DNA of 64,000 nt. Origin: Candidatus Omnitrophota bacterium. GTDB taxonomy: Bacteria; Omnitrophota; Gorgyraeia; Zapsychrales; JAHFFX01. The DNA is taken from assembly GCA_023247725.1 (NCBI GenBank), contig JAHFFW010000010.1, positions 7,734-71,733 on the forward strand, read 5' to 3'. Numbering within the stretch: position 1 is the stretch's first letter; each line of letters starts with the position of its first letter. The notes under the pieces are model-generated. The model worked only from the letters and a program-made list of their open reading frames with translations. It ran no database searches and was not told the DNA's origin. Shown here piece by piece: positions 8,933 through 18,166 of the stretch. The position numbers were made by a program, and so were the translations under genes.

Positions 8933-10093
8933 ATGACCATGAGCAAAATTTTAATCGAAGAAGACAGGCTTGAAAAAGCTTTCGGAATCAAAGAGGGAAA
9001 GTCCGGTATTGATCGGTCTTATGAAGATGATTATTACAAAGGCGTCATTAAAGGATTTGCCGTCATCACCAAGGGTTTTGTAAAAGACGATCGCGGATGG
9101 GAGATCGATGACGTCACCCTTGAGCAAACGGTCGCGGCAGGCAACAGGATCACAGGTGGTCTTAAGTCACGGTTTGGTCATCCCAATTTGTGCGAGACCG
9201 CATTTGGAAAATTAATCGGAAGGGCAAGGAATCTCAGAAAAGATGGCGACATTGTTAGAGCGGATCTTTATTTAAACAAAAGTGCTTATGGTGCGCCCGC
9301 GGGGAATCTTGCTCAATACGTTTTGGATTTGGCGGAAAGCGATCCCGAAGCATTCGGAGCTTCGGTGGTGCTTGAAGAATACGAGCTGGAATACCCGATA
9401 GAGAAAAACAGCGTCCGCAAGAAAGACGAAGACGGCAAAGCACTTCCGCCCATGCTGAGGGTGAAGTCTCTGTTGGGGGTCGATATGGTGGACGAACCTG
9501 CGGCCAACAACGGAATATTCAGCAAAATCAACCACCCAGGTCTTGAACTCTCGGCGAAGGCCACGGCGTTTTTGAATAAACTTCTCGACAACCCCGATGC
9601 GCTGGAATTCGTGATTGTATTTCTGGAAAGGTATCGAGCCAATCGGGCTGACATAGATGCAGGGAAAAAACAACCTAAACAAGTTTCAAATAAGAAGGAG
9701 GAGGGCATGGAGATAAAAGATTTAACGGTAGAGGAGCTGAAGAAAGAACGACCGGACATGGTTTCGGTTTTGCAAAACGAAATCGTCAAAGATGAGCGGT
9801 CCCGGTGTTCAGCCATTGTCAAGGCGGCAAACAAGGAGTTTGCCAGCATGGGCATGGAGGTCATCGTTGAGGAAGCCATTGATAACGGCAAGACCGTGGA
9901 CGCGGCTTTGGCGGCCATGCGCGGGAAACGTCTTGAGGATCTCAAGCAGAATGCCAACAAGGCCCCAGGTGCCGACAAAGGTGATCCGGAAAAGACAAAG
10001 AGTCACTTGGAGGTCGCAAAGGAGTATCAAAGGGAGCATAAATGCAGTCTTCAGGAAGCCCTTAGCATGACGGCTGAACCAAGGGAAAAGTAA
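8933..10093 (+). CDS. prohead protease (HK97/S78-like) fused to a scaffold-like C-terminal region
   Basis: GFAVITKG..DDRGWEIDDVTLEQ....SRFGHPNLCETAFGKL...DGDIVRADLYL fits the S78 protease core with a candidate catalytic His in FGHPN. The C-terminal half is charged and coiled-coil (scaffold-like). Position lies between portal and decoration/capsid genes. Confidence 0.55.
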   Translation: MTMSKILIEEDRLEKAFGIKEGKSGIDRSYEDDYYKGVIKGFAVITKGFVKDDRGWEIDDVTLEQTVAAGNRITGGLKSRFGHPNLCETAFGKLIGRARNLRKDGDIVRADLYLNKSAYGAPAGNLAQYVLDLAESDPEAFGASVVLEEYELEYPIEKNSVRKKDEDGKALPPMLRVKSLLGVDMVDEPAANNGIFSKINHPGLELSAKATAFLNKLLDNPDALEFVIVFLERYRANRADIDAGKKQPKQVSNKKEEGMEIKDLTVEELKKERPDMVSVLQNEIVKDERSRCSAIVKAANKEFASMGMEVIVEEAIDNGKTVDAALAAMRGKRLEDLKQNANKAPGADKGDPEKTKSHLEVAKEYQREHKCSLQEALSMTAEPREK

Positions 10094-10132
10094 ATCATTA
10101 AAAGGTTTTAACTTTAAAACAGGAGGGATCAC

Positions 10133-10855
10133 ATGTCACAGGAAAATTTGGGATCAAAGTCTTTCGTTGCCGGTGAAGATTTGGAAGCGTATCGTCGCGT
10201 CAAGCTTTCCAGCGGGAACGTCGTCTACGCCGATGCCGGGGAAGAGTTTATCGGCGTCACCGGGCATAAGGCCGTAAGCGGTGAGCAGGTCACGGTCAAT
10301 TTAAGGTCGGCATCGCGCACTTACAAGATGGTTGCCTCCGGAGTCATAACCGCTGGGAATACGATTTATGGCGCCAATGACGGCAAAGTTTCAGCTTCGG
10401 CATCGGGGGTTGCCCAAGGTGTGGCTGTTGAAGCGGCTACAGCAGACGGTGATGTTATCGAGTGTTTCCAGAATAATGGCGTGGCCGGTGCTATCGATGG
10501 GGCATCTACGGCTATAGGTGATCCTGCTGTCAACGGAGCTGTTCCCGTTGTTTTTGCCAAACAGGGTATCACCGATGCGACCACATCTTTAACGATTGTG
10601 ACAGCGCCGTACAAATTCAGGATCGTTGATTGGTGGATTATTGCCCGGGATACCACAGCGGCCAACGTCAAATTAATCAATGTCAGCACCGATGCAACAG
10701 CCGTTAAAGCCAAGGGAACGACAAACGATGCCATCGTCAGAGGCGGGGACATCATAAATGCTCAAAAAGACGTGTCAGCCGGGAATGCCTTGAAAGTCAA
10801 TGCCAGTGCGGCCGCGGCTTTCGACATCTTTGTTGTGGCGATCAAAGTCAGCTAA
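10133..10855 (+). CDS. head decoration / capsid cement protein (DUF2190-like N-terminal domain)
   Basis: N-terminus SFVAGEDLEAYRRVKLSSGNVVYADAGEEFIGVT...GEQVTV matches the decoration-protein pattern. It sits immediately upstream of the major capsid gene, as lambda D does to E. Confidence 0.5.
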   Translation: MSQENLGSKSFVAGEDLEAYRRVKLSSGNVVYADAGEEFIGVTGHKAVSGEQVTVNLRSASRTYKMVASGVITAGNTIYGANDGKVSASASGVAQGVAVEAATADGDVIECFQNNGVAGAIDGASTAIGDPAVNGAVPVVFAKQGITDATTSLTIVTAPYKFRIVDWWIIARDTTAANVKLINVSTDATAVKAKGTTNDAIVRGGDIINAQKDVSAGNALKVNASAAAAFDIFVVAIKVS

Positions 10856-10889
10856 AAAATCAATCATTTAAAATTGGAGGGACCTTAAC

Positions 10890-11852
10890 ATGCCAGTCGA
10901 TCAAGTAGGAATAAGAGCAACACCGCGGTTAGATTTAGGCGCGGCTTTGGAGGAGTACGTCCAGAACGCCGGTGATTTTATCGGGACGAGGCTGTTCCCG
11001 ATCTTCAAAACACCGCAGAAGGCCGCCAATTTTTCCGCCATCACGCGCGAGAGTTTAACGCAAACGCCGGACACTAAACGCGCGCCCAACGGGAAATATA
11101 ACCGCGGAAGTATCGGGGCAAAGGACGTTGGATACAGCTGTGAGGAGAACGGGTTTGAAATGCCGCTGGATGACGGCGAACGCAAGAATTACGCCAAGGA
11201 CTTTGACGCGGAGCTGGCCGTTTCCAAGGCAGCCATGAACATCGTTCTTCGGGGACAGGAATCCCGCATTGCCGCGGCCGCCATAAATACGTCCGTATTC
11301 ACCGGGGCGGCTCTTTTGACGGACGTGTCCGGAACCAATCCTTGGAGCGATCCCACCAAGGACATCATCAAAACCATAAGGGATGGTAAGGCAAAGATCA
11401 GAACGAACTGCGGCATGTTGCCCAACATGCTCTTGATGAGTTATACGAACCTCAATCTGTGTTTGGGCAATAACGGTATCAAAGATGCTATCAAATACAC
11501 CGCGCGGCCGACAGAGGCTGAAATCATCAATGCCTTAAAAGACCTTTTCGGTGTTCAAAACATTCTTATCGGCAACGCCATCAAAAACAGTGCCAAGGAA
11601 GGGCAGGTGTTTTCTGGGGCCGATATCTGGAGCTCGACTTATGCCTTATTAGCGATATCTGCTCAGGACGGTCAGGATCCAACACAACCGTCTCTGGGCA
11701 GAACGTTTTTATGGGCGAATGACAGTCCGGAGAATGTGATGGTTGAGCAATACCGTGATGAGTCCATTCGTTCCGACGTTTTCCGTTCGCGCCAGCATAC
11801 AGATGAGCTGTTGCTTGATAAGTATTTCGGGCATCTTTTAAAAGTCGTTTAA
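10890..11852 (+). CDS. major capsid protein (lambda gpE-like family)
   Basis: 320 aa, follows the decoration gene, RBS GGAGGG upstream. Size and position fit the E-family major capsid protein. Confidence 0.65.
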   Translation: MPVDQVGIRATPRLDLGAALEEYVQNAGDFIGTRLFPIFKTPQKAANFSAITRESLTQTPDTKRAPNGKYNRGSIGAKDVGYSCEENGFEMPLDDGERKNYAKDFDAELAVSKAAMNIVLRGQESRIAAAAINTSVFTGAALLTDVSGTNPWSDPTKDIIKTIRDGKAKIRTNCGMLPNMLLMSYTNLNLCLGNNGIKDAIKYTARPTEAEIINALKDLFGVQNILIGNAIKNSAKEGQVFSGADIWSSTYALLAISAQDGQDPTQPSLGRTFLWANDSPENVMVEQYRDESIRSDVFRSRQHTDELLLDKYFGHLLKVV

Positions 11853-11897
11853 ACCGTAATGGAGATCCCGGGGCCCTGCGGGTCCCGGGATTCTGAT

Positions 11898-12245
11898 ATG
11901 AGTTTTAAAGACAATTTAAGAAGAGATGCCTTGAATTCTTTCCTCAACACAAACGAATTCGCCGAATCGATTCAGTACACGCCCAAAGGCGGCACGCCCA
12001 AAACCATCAAGGCGGTCATCAATCGAAAACGCCTGACTCCAGGTGGGGAAGAATCTGGGCGGGTCCTGCAGGATCAGGTTGAAATATTAATTGCCAATGA
12101 TCCCGTTTATGGCGTTTCGGTGATCAACAAGGGCGGTGACGAAGTTTTATTTCCTGAAGTCTTAGGTGGAATTGATGTCAACTTCGTCGTTATCGATGTA
12201 TTGGGAGAGGATCAAGGGATGTGGCATCTCTTGGTGCAGAAATAA
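11898..12245 (+). CDS. head-tail adaptor/connector protein (FII-like by position)
   Basis: ~115 aa ORF (MSFKDNLRRDALNSF...) directly after the capsid gene. Assignment rests on synteny only. Confidence 0.3.
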   Translation: MSFKDNLRRDALNSFLNTNEFAESIQYTPKGGTPKTIKAVINRKRLTPGGEESGRVLQDQVEILIANDPVYGVSVINKGGDEVLFPEVLGGIDVNFVVIDVLGEDQGMWHLLVQK

Positions 12246-12266
12246 AATGGTGAGCGAAGTCGAACC

Positions 12267-12872
12267 ATGACAGAACTAACGACGGAAATCAACACGAAGA
12301 ACTTGGAAACTGCGCTTCGGGTGTTCCCTAAGGAGTTGAAATTCCAGCTTGCCGACGGCATGGATCATATCAGCAGGAAGTTTTTAAAGCAGTTTTACCA
12401 GACGCGTCTGCAGGGCCCTCCTGGGGTCAAGGCGCGGCCGCACGGTATTTTTACGCATTTTAGGCGGGCGTCTTTGGTTTCGCAGACGATCGAAGGCATG
12501 GGAATGATTATTTTTTCGGATTCCAAGATATCAAAATTACATGAGGAGGGCGGAATTATAAAGAATCCCGGAGGCACGAAATTGGCGGTCCCATTATCGG
12601 CGCGTATCGAGCTTTTTACGTCAGACGGCCGACTCAAGAAACGATACCGTCAGCCGAGGCTTTTGAAAAACGTCGTTCCCATCAAGCTTAGGGGGAAAAC
12701 GTTCTTGGCAAAAATTCAGAAAAGGCTGAGGAACATTTTGCCTTTGTTTGTCTTAAAGAACCAGATTCGCATCCGGCCTAGACTGGGGTTTTACAAAACA
12801 TGGGATGACATGCAAAACGTGAGGATTGATATTCTGAATAAATCAATTCAAAAAACCTTGGATAAGGTCTGA
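12267..12872 (+). CDS. virion morphogenesis / tail completion protein (gpZ-like position)
   Basis: 201 aa and basic. Assignment rests on synteny between the head and tail modules. Confidence 0.3.
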   Translation: MTELTTEINTKNLETALRVFPKELKFQLADGMDHISRKFLKQFYQTRLQGPPGVKARPHGIFTHFRRASLVSQTIEGMGMIIFSDSKISKLHEEGGIIKNPGGTKLAVPLSARIELFTSDGRLKKRYRQPRLLKNVVPIKLRGKTFLAKIQKRLRNILPLFVLKNQIRIRPRLGFYKTWDDMQNVRIDILNKSIQKTLDKV

Positions 12873-12873
12873 T

Positions 12874-13335
12874 ATGCCAACTGTCAGAGAAAACATTTTA
12901 ACGAACGTCAAGACGACCTTAGAAACTATCACCGTTGCGAATGGTTATGTCAATACGATTGCCAGCGTGCAGAGGTGGGATAAACGCGGCAATGCGTTGC
13001 GGCAGGTCCCATGTATCGTGGTCAATGCCGGGCAGGAAGAAAAACAGATGTCACCCAATCCATTATTCAGCTGTAGGTTGTCGGTTTATCTCGATCTCTG
13101 GACTCGGCAGGATGAAGCCGACTCACAGCCGACCGATTCGATATTAAGCAGTTTGCTGGGTGATATTGAAAAGGCGCTCATGGTCGACAACACCCGGGGA
13201 GGCTATGCGATAGACACCAGCATCAAAAGCAATGTTCCTTTTGAAACGGTGGAAGGACAGCCGCACGCCGGTCTTACGATCGAGCTTGAGATTTTATATC
13301 AGCATAAACAATCCGATCCATCGGTTGCCGGATAA
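12874..13335 (+). CDS. tail terminator protein (gpU-like)
   Basis: 153 aa. Pattern L..i...L..I.....G....I..V......P.IVV.....E.......L.V.L........D.....L...I..AL similar to lambda gpU. Lies immediately upstream of the major tail gene. Confidence 0.4.
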   Translation: MPTVRENILTNVKTTLETITVANGYVNTIASVQRWDKRGNALRQVPCIVVNAGQEEKQMSPNPLFSCRLSVYLDLWTRQDEADSQPTDSILSSLLGDIEKALMVDNTRGGYAIDTSIKSNVPFETVEGQPHAGLTIELEILYQHKQSDPSVAG

Positions 13336-13349
13336 CGAGGAGGTTTGAA

Positions 13350-14492
13350 ATGTTAACACGAAAAAGACAAGTTGTTTCAAAGATTGAAGTCTCGGAAGGA
13401 GTGGCCGAAACATTGGCGGTTGCCGATGCCAAGACGCTGGCATATAACCCGCGGATTAGCTTTGATCCTGAAATGTTCCCGCGCAATCCCGTGAGGCTTA
13501 CCTTTACGAATATCGGCAAGGTTGTCGGGAAACGCCCGGGAGCTTTAAATTTTGGTCTGGAGTTAAGGGGATCAGGCGCCGCGGCCACGGCTCCGGACTG
13601 GGGCAAGCACTTCCAAAACTGCGGATGCGGCGTCAATTTATTGAAGTCGATTAATATCGGGGCCGTGACTGCCGGGCCTTTTGTGCATGGCGAAACGATT
13701 ACCGGCGGCACTTCCAGCGGCAAGGGGCGGGTGATCATCAACACCGCCAACGGGGCAAGTGCCATTTATTATGTGGTCATCTCCGGAACTATCCAAAGCG
13801 GTGAGGTTATTACCGGCGGCACTTCGGGAGCCACGGCAACCACGTCATCATCTCCAACAACGATTGGCAACGTAATTGAGCCGATTACCGACAACATCCC
13901 CAGCCAGACGATGTCCGGGTACGAAGATGGAATCAGAAAATTGTTAAGAGGATGCCGCGGTAAATTAAAAATCAACTTCAAAAGCGGCGAGCCGGTCCTT
14001 GTCAATTTTGAGTATATGGGAGTCGAGTCGGGCATTGCCGATGTTTCTTTGTTTACCAATCCCGCGTATGAAACCACGAAGCCGCCAGCGTTTCTTAACG
14101 CTTCGTTTTCTATGGATGCTTATGCGGCCAAGATCGCATCGCTCGAAATCAATCAGGAGAACAAATTGGCGCCCCGGGACGATGTCAGTAACGACCGCGG
14201 TCTTCTGTCTTTTTTGATCACCGACCGCGACGTCAACGGTTCCTATGATCCGGAGACGGTCTTTGTTGCGACCCACGATTTTCATTCCAAATGGTTCGGC
14301 GGAACGGAGATGGTTCTGGATACCGCTTGGGGAAGTGTCGCCGGTAACAAGTTCAGGTTATTTGCGCCGCGCGCGCAATACACAAAAGTGGAGGACGAGG
14401 AACGCGACGGCATTGCTGTTGCCAAGTGTTCTTTCGATTTAAACGGCAGTCTTTTGCCCGGCAATGATGAATGGGCATTACTGTGTCTTTAA
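13350..14492 (+). CDS. major tail (tube) protein
   Basis: 380-aa ORF with a strong RBS (AGGAGG), located directly before the G/GT chaperone pair and tape measure. Contains a Gly/Thr-rich insert, possibly an Ig-like decoration. Confidence 0.55.
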   Translation: MLTRKRQVVSKIEVSEGVAETLAVADAKTLAYNPRISFDPEMFPRNPVRLTFTNIGKVVGKRPGALNFGLELRGSGAAATAPDWGKHFQNCGCGVNLLKSINIGAVTAGPFVHGETITGGTSSGKGRVIINTANGASAIYYVVISGTIQSGEVITGGTSGATATTSSSPTTIGNVIEPITDNIPSQTMSGYEDGIRKLLRGCRGKLKINFKSGEPVLVNFEYMGVESGIADVSLFTNPAYETTKPPAFLNASFSMDAYAAKIASLEINQENKLAPRDDVSNDRGLLSFLITDRDVNGSYDPETVFVATHDFHSKWFGGTEMVLDTAWGSVAGNKFRLFAPRAQYTKVEDEERDGIAVAKCSFDLNGSLLPGNDEWALLCL

Positions 14493-14509
14493 AAAAGGAG
14501 GATTGAGTT

Positions 14510-14935
14510 ATGTTTACTGGAATTGATCGTAACGAAACCAAGCGGTATAAATCGCCCAATGATCCGGATCCTTCCAACCCAACGGTATTCATTCTTGGGT
14601 TATTGGATCCGACCGTCCGTAATTACATCGAGGACATCACCAGCTCTCTCGATGTCGATCCCAAGAATCCCAACGACAAAGCCAAGATGAATTTCAGTCT
14701 GGGGCGGCGTAATCATCTGATTGTCAAGTACGGGTTAAAGGGAATTGAGGGGTTCCTTCATCCAAAGACCAAAGAGCCGGTCAAGTTTGAAACGACCAAC
14801 GGGCATTTTGCGGGGAAACTCATCGAGGGAGTCAGCGAGGATGTCTTGAACATGATTCCCAGTAATCTGAAGACGGAATTGGCCGAGGTTATCTGGAACG
14901 AGGACAAGTTTCATGAGGACGACGCAAAAAACTAA
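14510..14935 (+). CDS. tail assembly chaperone (gpG-like)
   Basis: 141 aa with RBS AGGAGG. Ends ...DDAKN* with the slippery heptamer A_AAA_AAC at 14926-14932. Followed by a start-less ORF in the -1 frame. Confidence 0.6.
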   Translation: MFTGIDRNETKRYKSPNDPDPSNPTVFILGLLDPTVRNYIEDITSSLDVDPKNPNDKAKMNFSLGRRNHLIVKYGLKGIEGFLHPKTKEPVKFETTNGHFAGKLIEGVSEDVLNMIPSNLKTELAEVIWNEDKFHEDDAKN

Positions 14936-15249
14936 GACTGGCAGTCTGGCTTAGTTTTTCCAGAGGCCAGCTGGACTGCCCGAAACTTAAATCACAGGCC
15001 AAGGACAATCAGTGCGCTAAGGAGGAATGTGAGGATAGCATTTGGAATTTCAACGGCGAGGAATTTAAGGGGTGTCCGGTCAAGAAGATCAGTGCAAGGA
15101 GCTGGGAGTATTTAAGGGCGTTCATATTCTACAACCGGGGATTTCTGCCGAATCCGGGCGGATGGATTGACCAACCTAAAAAGTTTATGCGGGCGATGGA
15201 GATCATCGAATTCGAGATGATCAATATCAAAGAAAAAGAGGGAAAGTAA
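14510..15249 (+). CDS. tail assembly chaperone GT-like fusion produced by programmed -1 ribosomal frameshift
   Basis: The -1 frame from 14917 is open for 111 codons with no ATG start (..KKLRLAVWLSFSRGQLDCPKLKSQAKDNQCAKEECEDSIWNFNGEEF...GWIDQPKKFMRAMEIIEFEMINIKEKEGK*). It ends in TAATG, overlapping the tape-measure start. Slippery site A AAA AAC is at 14926-14932. Confidence 0.55.
14926..14932 (+). promoter_or_regulatory. -1 programmed ribosomal frameshift slippery heptamer A_AAA_AAC
   Basis: X_XXY_YYZ motif in the zero frame (gca aaa aac) two codons before the gpG-like stop. Confidence 0.5.
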
Positions 15250-16796
15250 TGCCAACGAATCGCGAACTTGAAATCATCATGCGGCTTCGTGATGAAGTAA
15301 CGAAGCGATTGAAAGGAATCGAGGGCGCCTTTATCCGTTTTAAAAACGCCGTCAAGGAACTGGGCACTCACATGAAGCAGCTGGGCCGGGATATTTCGCA
15401 GGTCGGCCATGCCGTGAGTCTTTTGGGGGCGTCAATCACCGGCCCCATGCTTCTGGCGTTCAGGAATTCCACGGAATACTCGTCACGCGTCAGCGCCCAA
15501 ATGGAACGGCTCAAGAACGTCACAACGGCTTTTCAGATTACTATCGGTGAGGCTTTGGCGCCGATTATGGAAAGGTTTACGAACATTCTTGGGGCCCTTC
15601 TTGACCGGTGGAATGCTCTTGGACCCGTCCAGCAACAGGCGATTATCCAGGCAACGTTCATGGCCGGTGTGTATTTGACCGCTACGGGAATCATCACAAC
15701 GATGACCGGCAAAATCATTGCCCTTGCCGGTGGAGTGCTGAAATTAGCCGCGGCGTTTTTGAGTCTGTCGGGGAGTCAAATGGCGCTTGTCGCGTTGATT
15801 GCGGCCGTGGCGGCTCTTATTTTGTACTGGGACAAGCTTGGCAAGGTAGCGGTCCCGGTTCTTAACGCGCTTGAGATTGGATCCAAGATGGTTGCTATCG
15901 GATTTCTGTCGATCGTCCGTGTCATCAATCAGGCGTTATCGGCGATGCTGGATAAGGCATCGCTCATATACGAAAAGGTCAGTCAGTTCAAACTGCTTCC
16001 CGAGAGCATGAAGGTCAATTACAGCATTGCGGCGTTATCTCTAAAGGATATGTCGAATCAACTGCGGGCGAATGCGTCGATCACGGACAATTACATCAAA
16101 AGTCTGGAAGGAGGAATTTCGAAGATATTTCTCGAAGGGCAGGGGGATTTGGTCGTCTTTTTTGAAAATACTCATGCCAAGATCAAATCGATTTTTGATT
16201 TGTTTAAGAATCCGCCCAAGGTCGACATTCAGCCGATTGTAAAGCAATTCAATGCCATCAAGGACATCGCGCAGAATACGGCTCAGGCGATGAGTCAAAG
16301 TCTGGGTGATTTTTTCTTTAATGTCGTTACAGGTCAGCTCAACAATCTCAAGCAGGTATTCGCGGATTTTGGAAGAAGCATCCTACGGATCCTATCCAAT
16401 GCCCTAGCCAAACTTCTGTTGGTTAAAACAATCGGCCGGATGTTTCCGGGGCTTGGGCAGTTTTTTCATCAAGGGGGAATGGTTTATCATGCCGGGGGCA
16501 TCATCCAGAGGGCGCATTCGGGGATGCTGGCCTCTGATGAGGTCCCGATCATTGCTCAATCCGGTGAAGGAGTTTTGTCCCGCCGGGGGATGTCGGCTTT
16601 GGGGATTGAGAATTTCAACCGGATCAATCGAGGCGAGAGGATGAGGGAGGGCGGCATCGAAATCAACATCCCGGTCATTATCCAAGCCTGGGATGTCCAG
16701 GATATCAATCGAAACAAGAGAGCCATCAGCGACATCGTTGGCGAGGCCATCCGGAACAACAGCTCTATTCGTGATCTTATAAGGAGATACACCTAA
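15249..16796 (+). CDS. tail tape measure protein
   Basis: 515 aa with coiled-coil N-terminus, central hydrophobic segments and C-terminal FHQGGMVYHAGGI..SGEGVLSRRG motif typical of tape measure proteins. Follows the G/GT pair. Confidence 0.8.
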   Translation: MPTNRELEIIMRLRDEVTKRLKGIEGAFIRFKNAVKELGTHMKQLGRDISQVGHAVSLLGASITGPMLLAFRNSTEYSSRVSAQMERLKNVTTAFQITIGEALAPIMERFTNILGALLDRWNALGPVQQQAIIQATFMAGVYLTATGIITTMTGKIIALAGGVLKLAAAFLSLSGSQMALVALIAAVAALILYWDKLGKVAVPVLNALEIGSKMVAIGFLSIVRVINQALSAMLDKASLIYEKVSQFKLLPESMKVNYSIAALSLKDMSNQLRANASITDNYIKSLEGGISKIFLEGQGDLVVFFENTHAKIKSIFDLFKNPPKVDIQPIVKQFNAIKDIAQNTAQAMSQSLGDFFFNVVTGQLNNLKQVFADFGRSILRILSNALAKLLLVKTIGRMFPGLGQFFHQGGMVYHAGGIIQRAHSGMLASDEVPIIAQSGEGVLSRRGMSALGIENFNRINRGERMREGGIEINIPVIIQAWDVQDINRNKRAISDIVGEAIRNNSSIRDLIRRYT

Positions 16797-16797
16797 G

Positions 16798-17136
16798 ATG
16801 CCGGATTTTACCTATACGCCGGATTTTGTTTTGGAAGAGGATATCGGATACAACACCCGCGTTTCGAATTTTGAAAACGGCATTGAGCAGCGCCGCGCGA
16901 TCCGCTCTCGGAGCATTCGAAAGTTCAAATTGAATTTCCAGAACAGGACGAAAACCCAAATGGAGCAGATCAGGGATTTTTTTATTTCCAAGCTCGGGAA
17001 ACTAACGTCCTTTACCTGGACGAATCCGACCGATTCCGTGACCTATACGGTGCGTTTTGATGAAGATTCCTTTATTTTCGATAACCACTCGGCGAACCTC
17101 TATAACTTTTCATTTACGTTTGTTGAGGTTCTATGA
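16798..17136 (+). CDS. minor tail protein, lambda gpM-like
   Basis: GYNTRVSNFENGIEQRR...KFKLNF......EQIRDFFISKLGKLTSFTWTNPTD..YTVRFDEDSF matches the gpM pattern (GYSQRAP.GLN...Y.V.L.....EA..LE.FL..HGG.KSFLWTPP). Confidence 0.7.
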   Translation: MPDFTYTPDFVLEEDIGYNTRVSNFENGIEQRRAIRSRSIRKFKLNFQNRTKTQMEQIRDFFISKLGKLTSFTWTNPTDSVTYTVRFDEDSFIFDNHSANLYNFSFTFVEVL

Positions 17137-17747
17137 GAGCCATTAATTCAACATTCAAGACGGAAAAGAATAATGCCGCCAACAAGCCTATCCGGTTGTA
17201 TGCGCTTCACGATTATGACGGCCTGGGGACAAACCTTTATTTTGCCGAATACGATACGGATGTCACTTTTAACGGCATTGCCTACACCAAGTTTCCCATC
17301 ACCATAGATACGATTTCGGAAAACAATAAGGGCGCGATCGATTCCGTCAATCTTATCGTGGCGAACGTTTCCCGCTTTATCCAATTCTATTTGGAAAGCA
17401 AGGATCTGCGGGGCAAAAAGGTTTCCATAAAAACAGTGTGGGCGAATCAGTTAGCGGATACAAACGCCTACATCGAAGATGTCTTTTACGTCGATTCCTA
17501 TTCGGCGGATCAGGATAACGTTAATTTTATCCTAACGAGTAAATTCGACGTCCTGGATGTCGAACTTCCGTTGCGAAGGTATTCCCGGAATTATTGCAAT
17601 TGGAAATTTAAAGGCACTGAATGCGGTTATTCCGGGAGCGAATCGGTCTGTAACAAAACTAAGCAGGATTGTAAAACTACCAAAAATAATTTTAAGAGGT
17701 TCGGCGGGTTTCCTTCGATTCAATCCAACAGGATCCTTTTGGGATGA
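17133..17747 (+). CDS. minor tail protein, lambda gpL-like
   Basis: C-terminal YCNWKFKGTECGYSG.ESVCNKTKQDCK...NNFKRFGGFPSIQ matches lambda gpL (CTWTYRGDECGYSG...DKCSKCLSGCKFRNNVGNFGGFLSI). Confidence 0.8.
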   Translation: MRAINSTFKTEKNNAANKPIRLYALHDYDGLGTNLYFAEYDTDVTFNGIAYTKFPITIDTISENNKGAIDSVNLIVANVSRFIQFYLESKDLRGKKVSIKTVWANQLADTNAYIEDVFYVDSYSADQDNVNFILTSKFDVLDVELPLRRYSRNYCNWKFKGTECGYSGSESVCNKTKQDCKTTKNNFKRFGGFPSIQSNRILLG

Positions 17748-18166
17748 GGGACAAAGATATCATCAGGAAATATTTAGGGATCCCGTTTAAACACCGGGGA
17801 CGCGCAATCGAAGAAGGGCTGGATTGCTGGGGTCTCATCAAAGCGATCTATGCGGATTGCGGCATAGATTTATTCGACCTTGATTCTTACGAAGTCGACT
17901 GGCCGCAGAATGGCAGGAACCATTTTATGGAATATTACTGTAGGCAATGGGAAAAAGTCGACCGGCCGCAATTCATGGATGTTGTTTTGTTTCGGGCCTC
18001 ACCCATGGTGGTGAATCACGCCGGTTTAGTCTTGAGCGAATCCCGATTTATTCATGCGGCCCGGCCGGGTGTGGTTGTTTCCCGTCTTGGCGAACTGCAG
18101 GTCTTTAAGAAAATCGAGGGCTATTACAGGTTTAAAAATGATCAAGATAAAGTACATTCCCAATAG
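17744..18166 (+). CDS. tail assembly protein, gpK-like NlpC/P60 domain
   Basis: GLDCWGLIKAIY (catalytic Cys) ... VVNHAGLVL (His) in an NlpC/P60 fold. Sits in the lambda K position. Confidence 0.7.
   Translation: MRDKDIIRKYLGIPFKHRGRAIEEGLDCWGLIKAIYADCGIDLFDLDSYEVDWPQNGRNHFMEYYCRQWEKVDRPQFMDVVLFRASPMVVNHAGLVLSESRFIHAARPGVVVSRLGELQVFKKIEGYYRFKNDQDKVHSQ

Noticed and set aside
9313-9978. 221-aa minus-strand ORF, along with many other 60-200-aa antisense ORFs (e.g. 13274..13765, 18498..19019, 44480..44998, 46108..46710, 61447..62022)
   Set aside because: All lie entirely inside well-supported plus-strand genes. They have Ser/Ala/Arg-rich low-complexity translations typical of shadow ORFs in GC-rich coding DNA, and no RBS or motifs.
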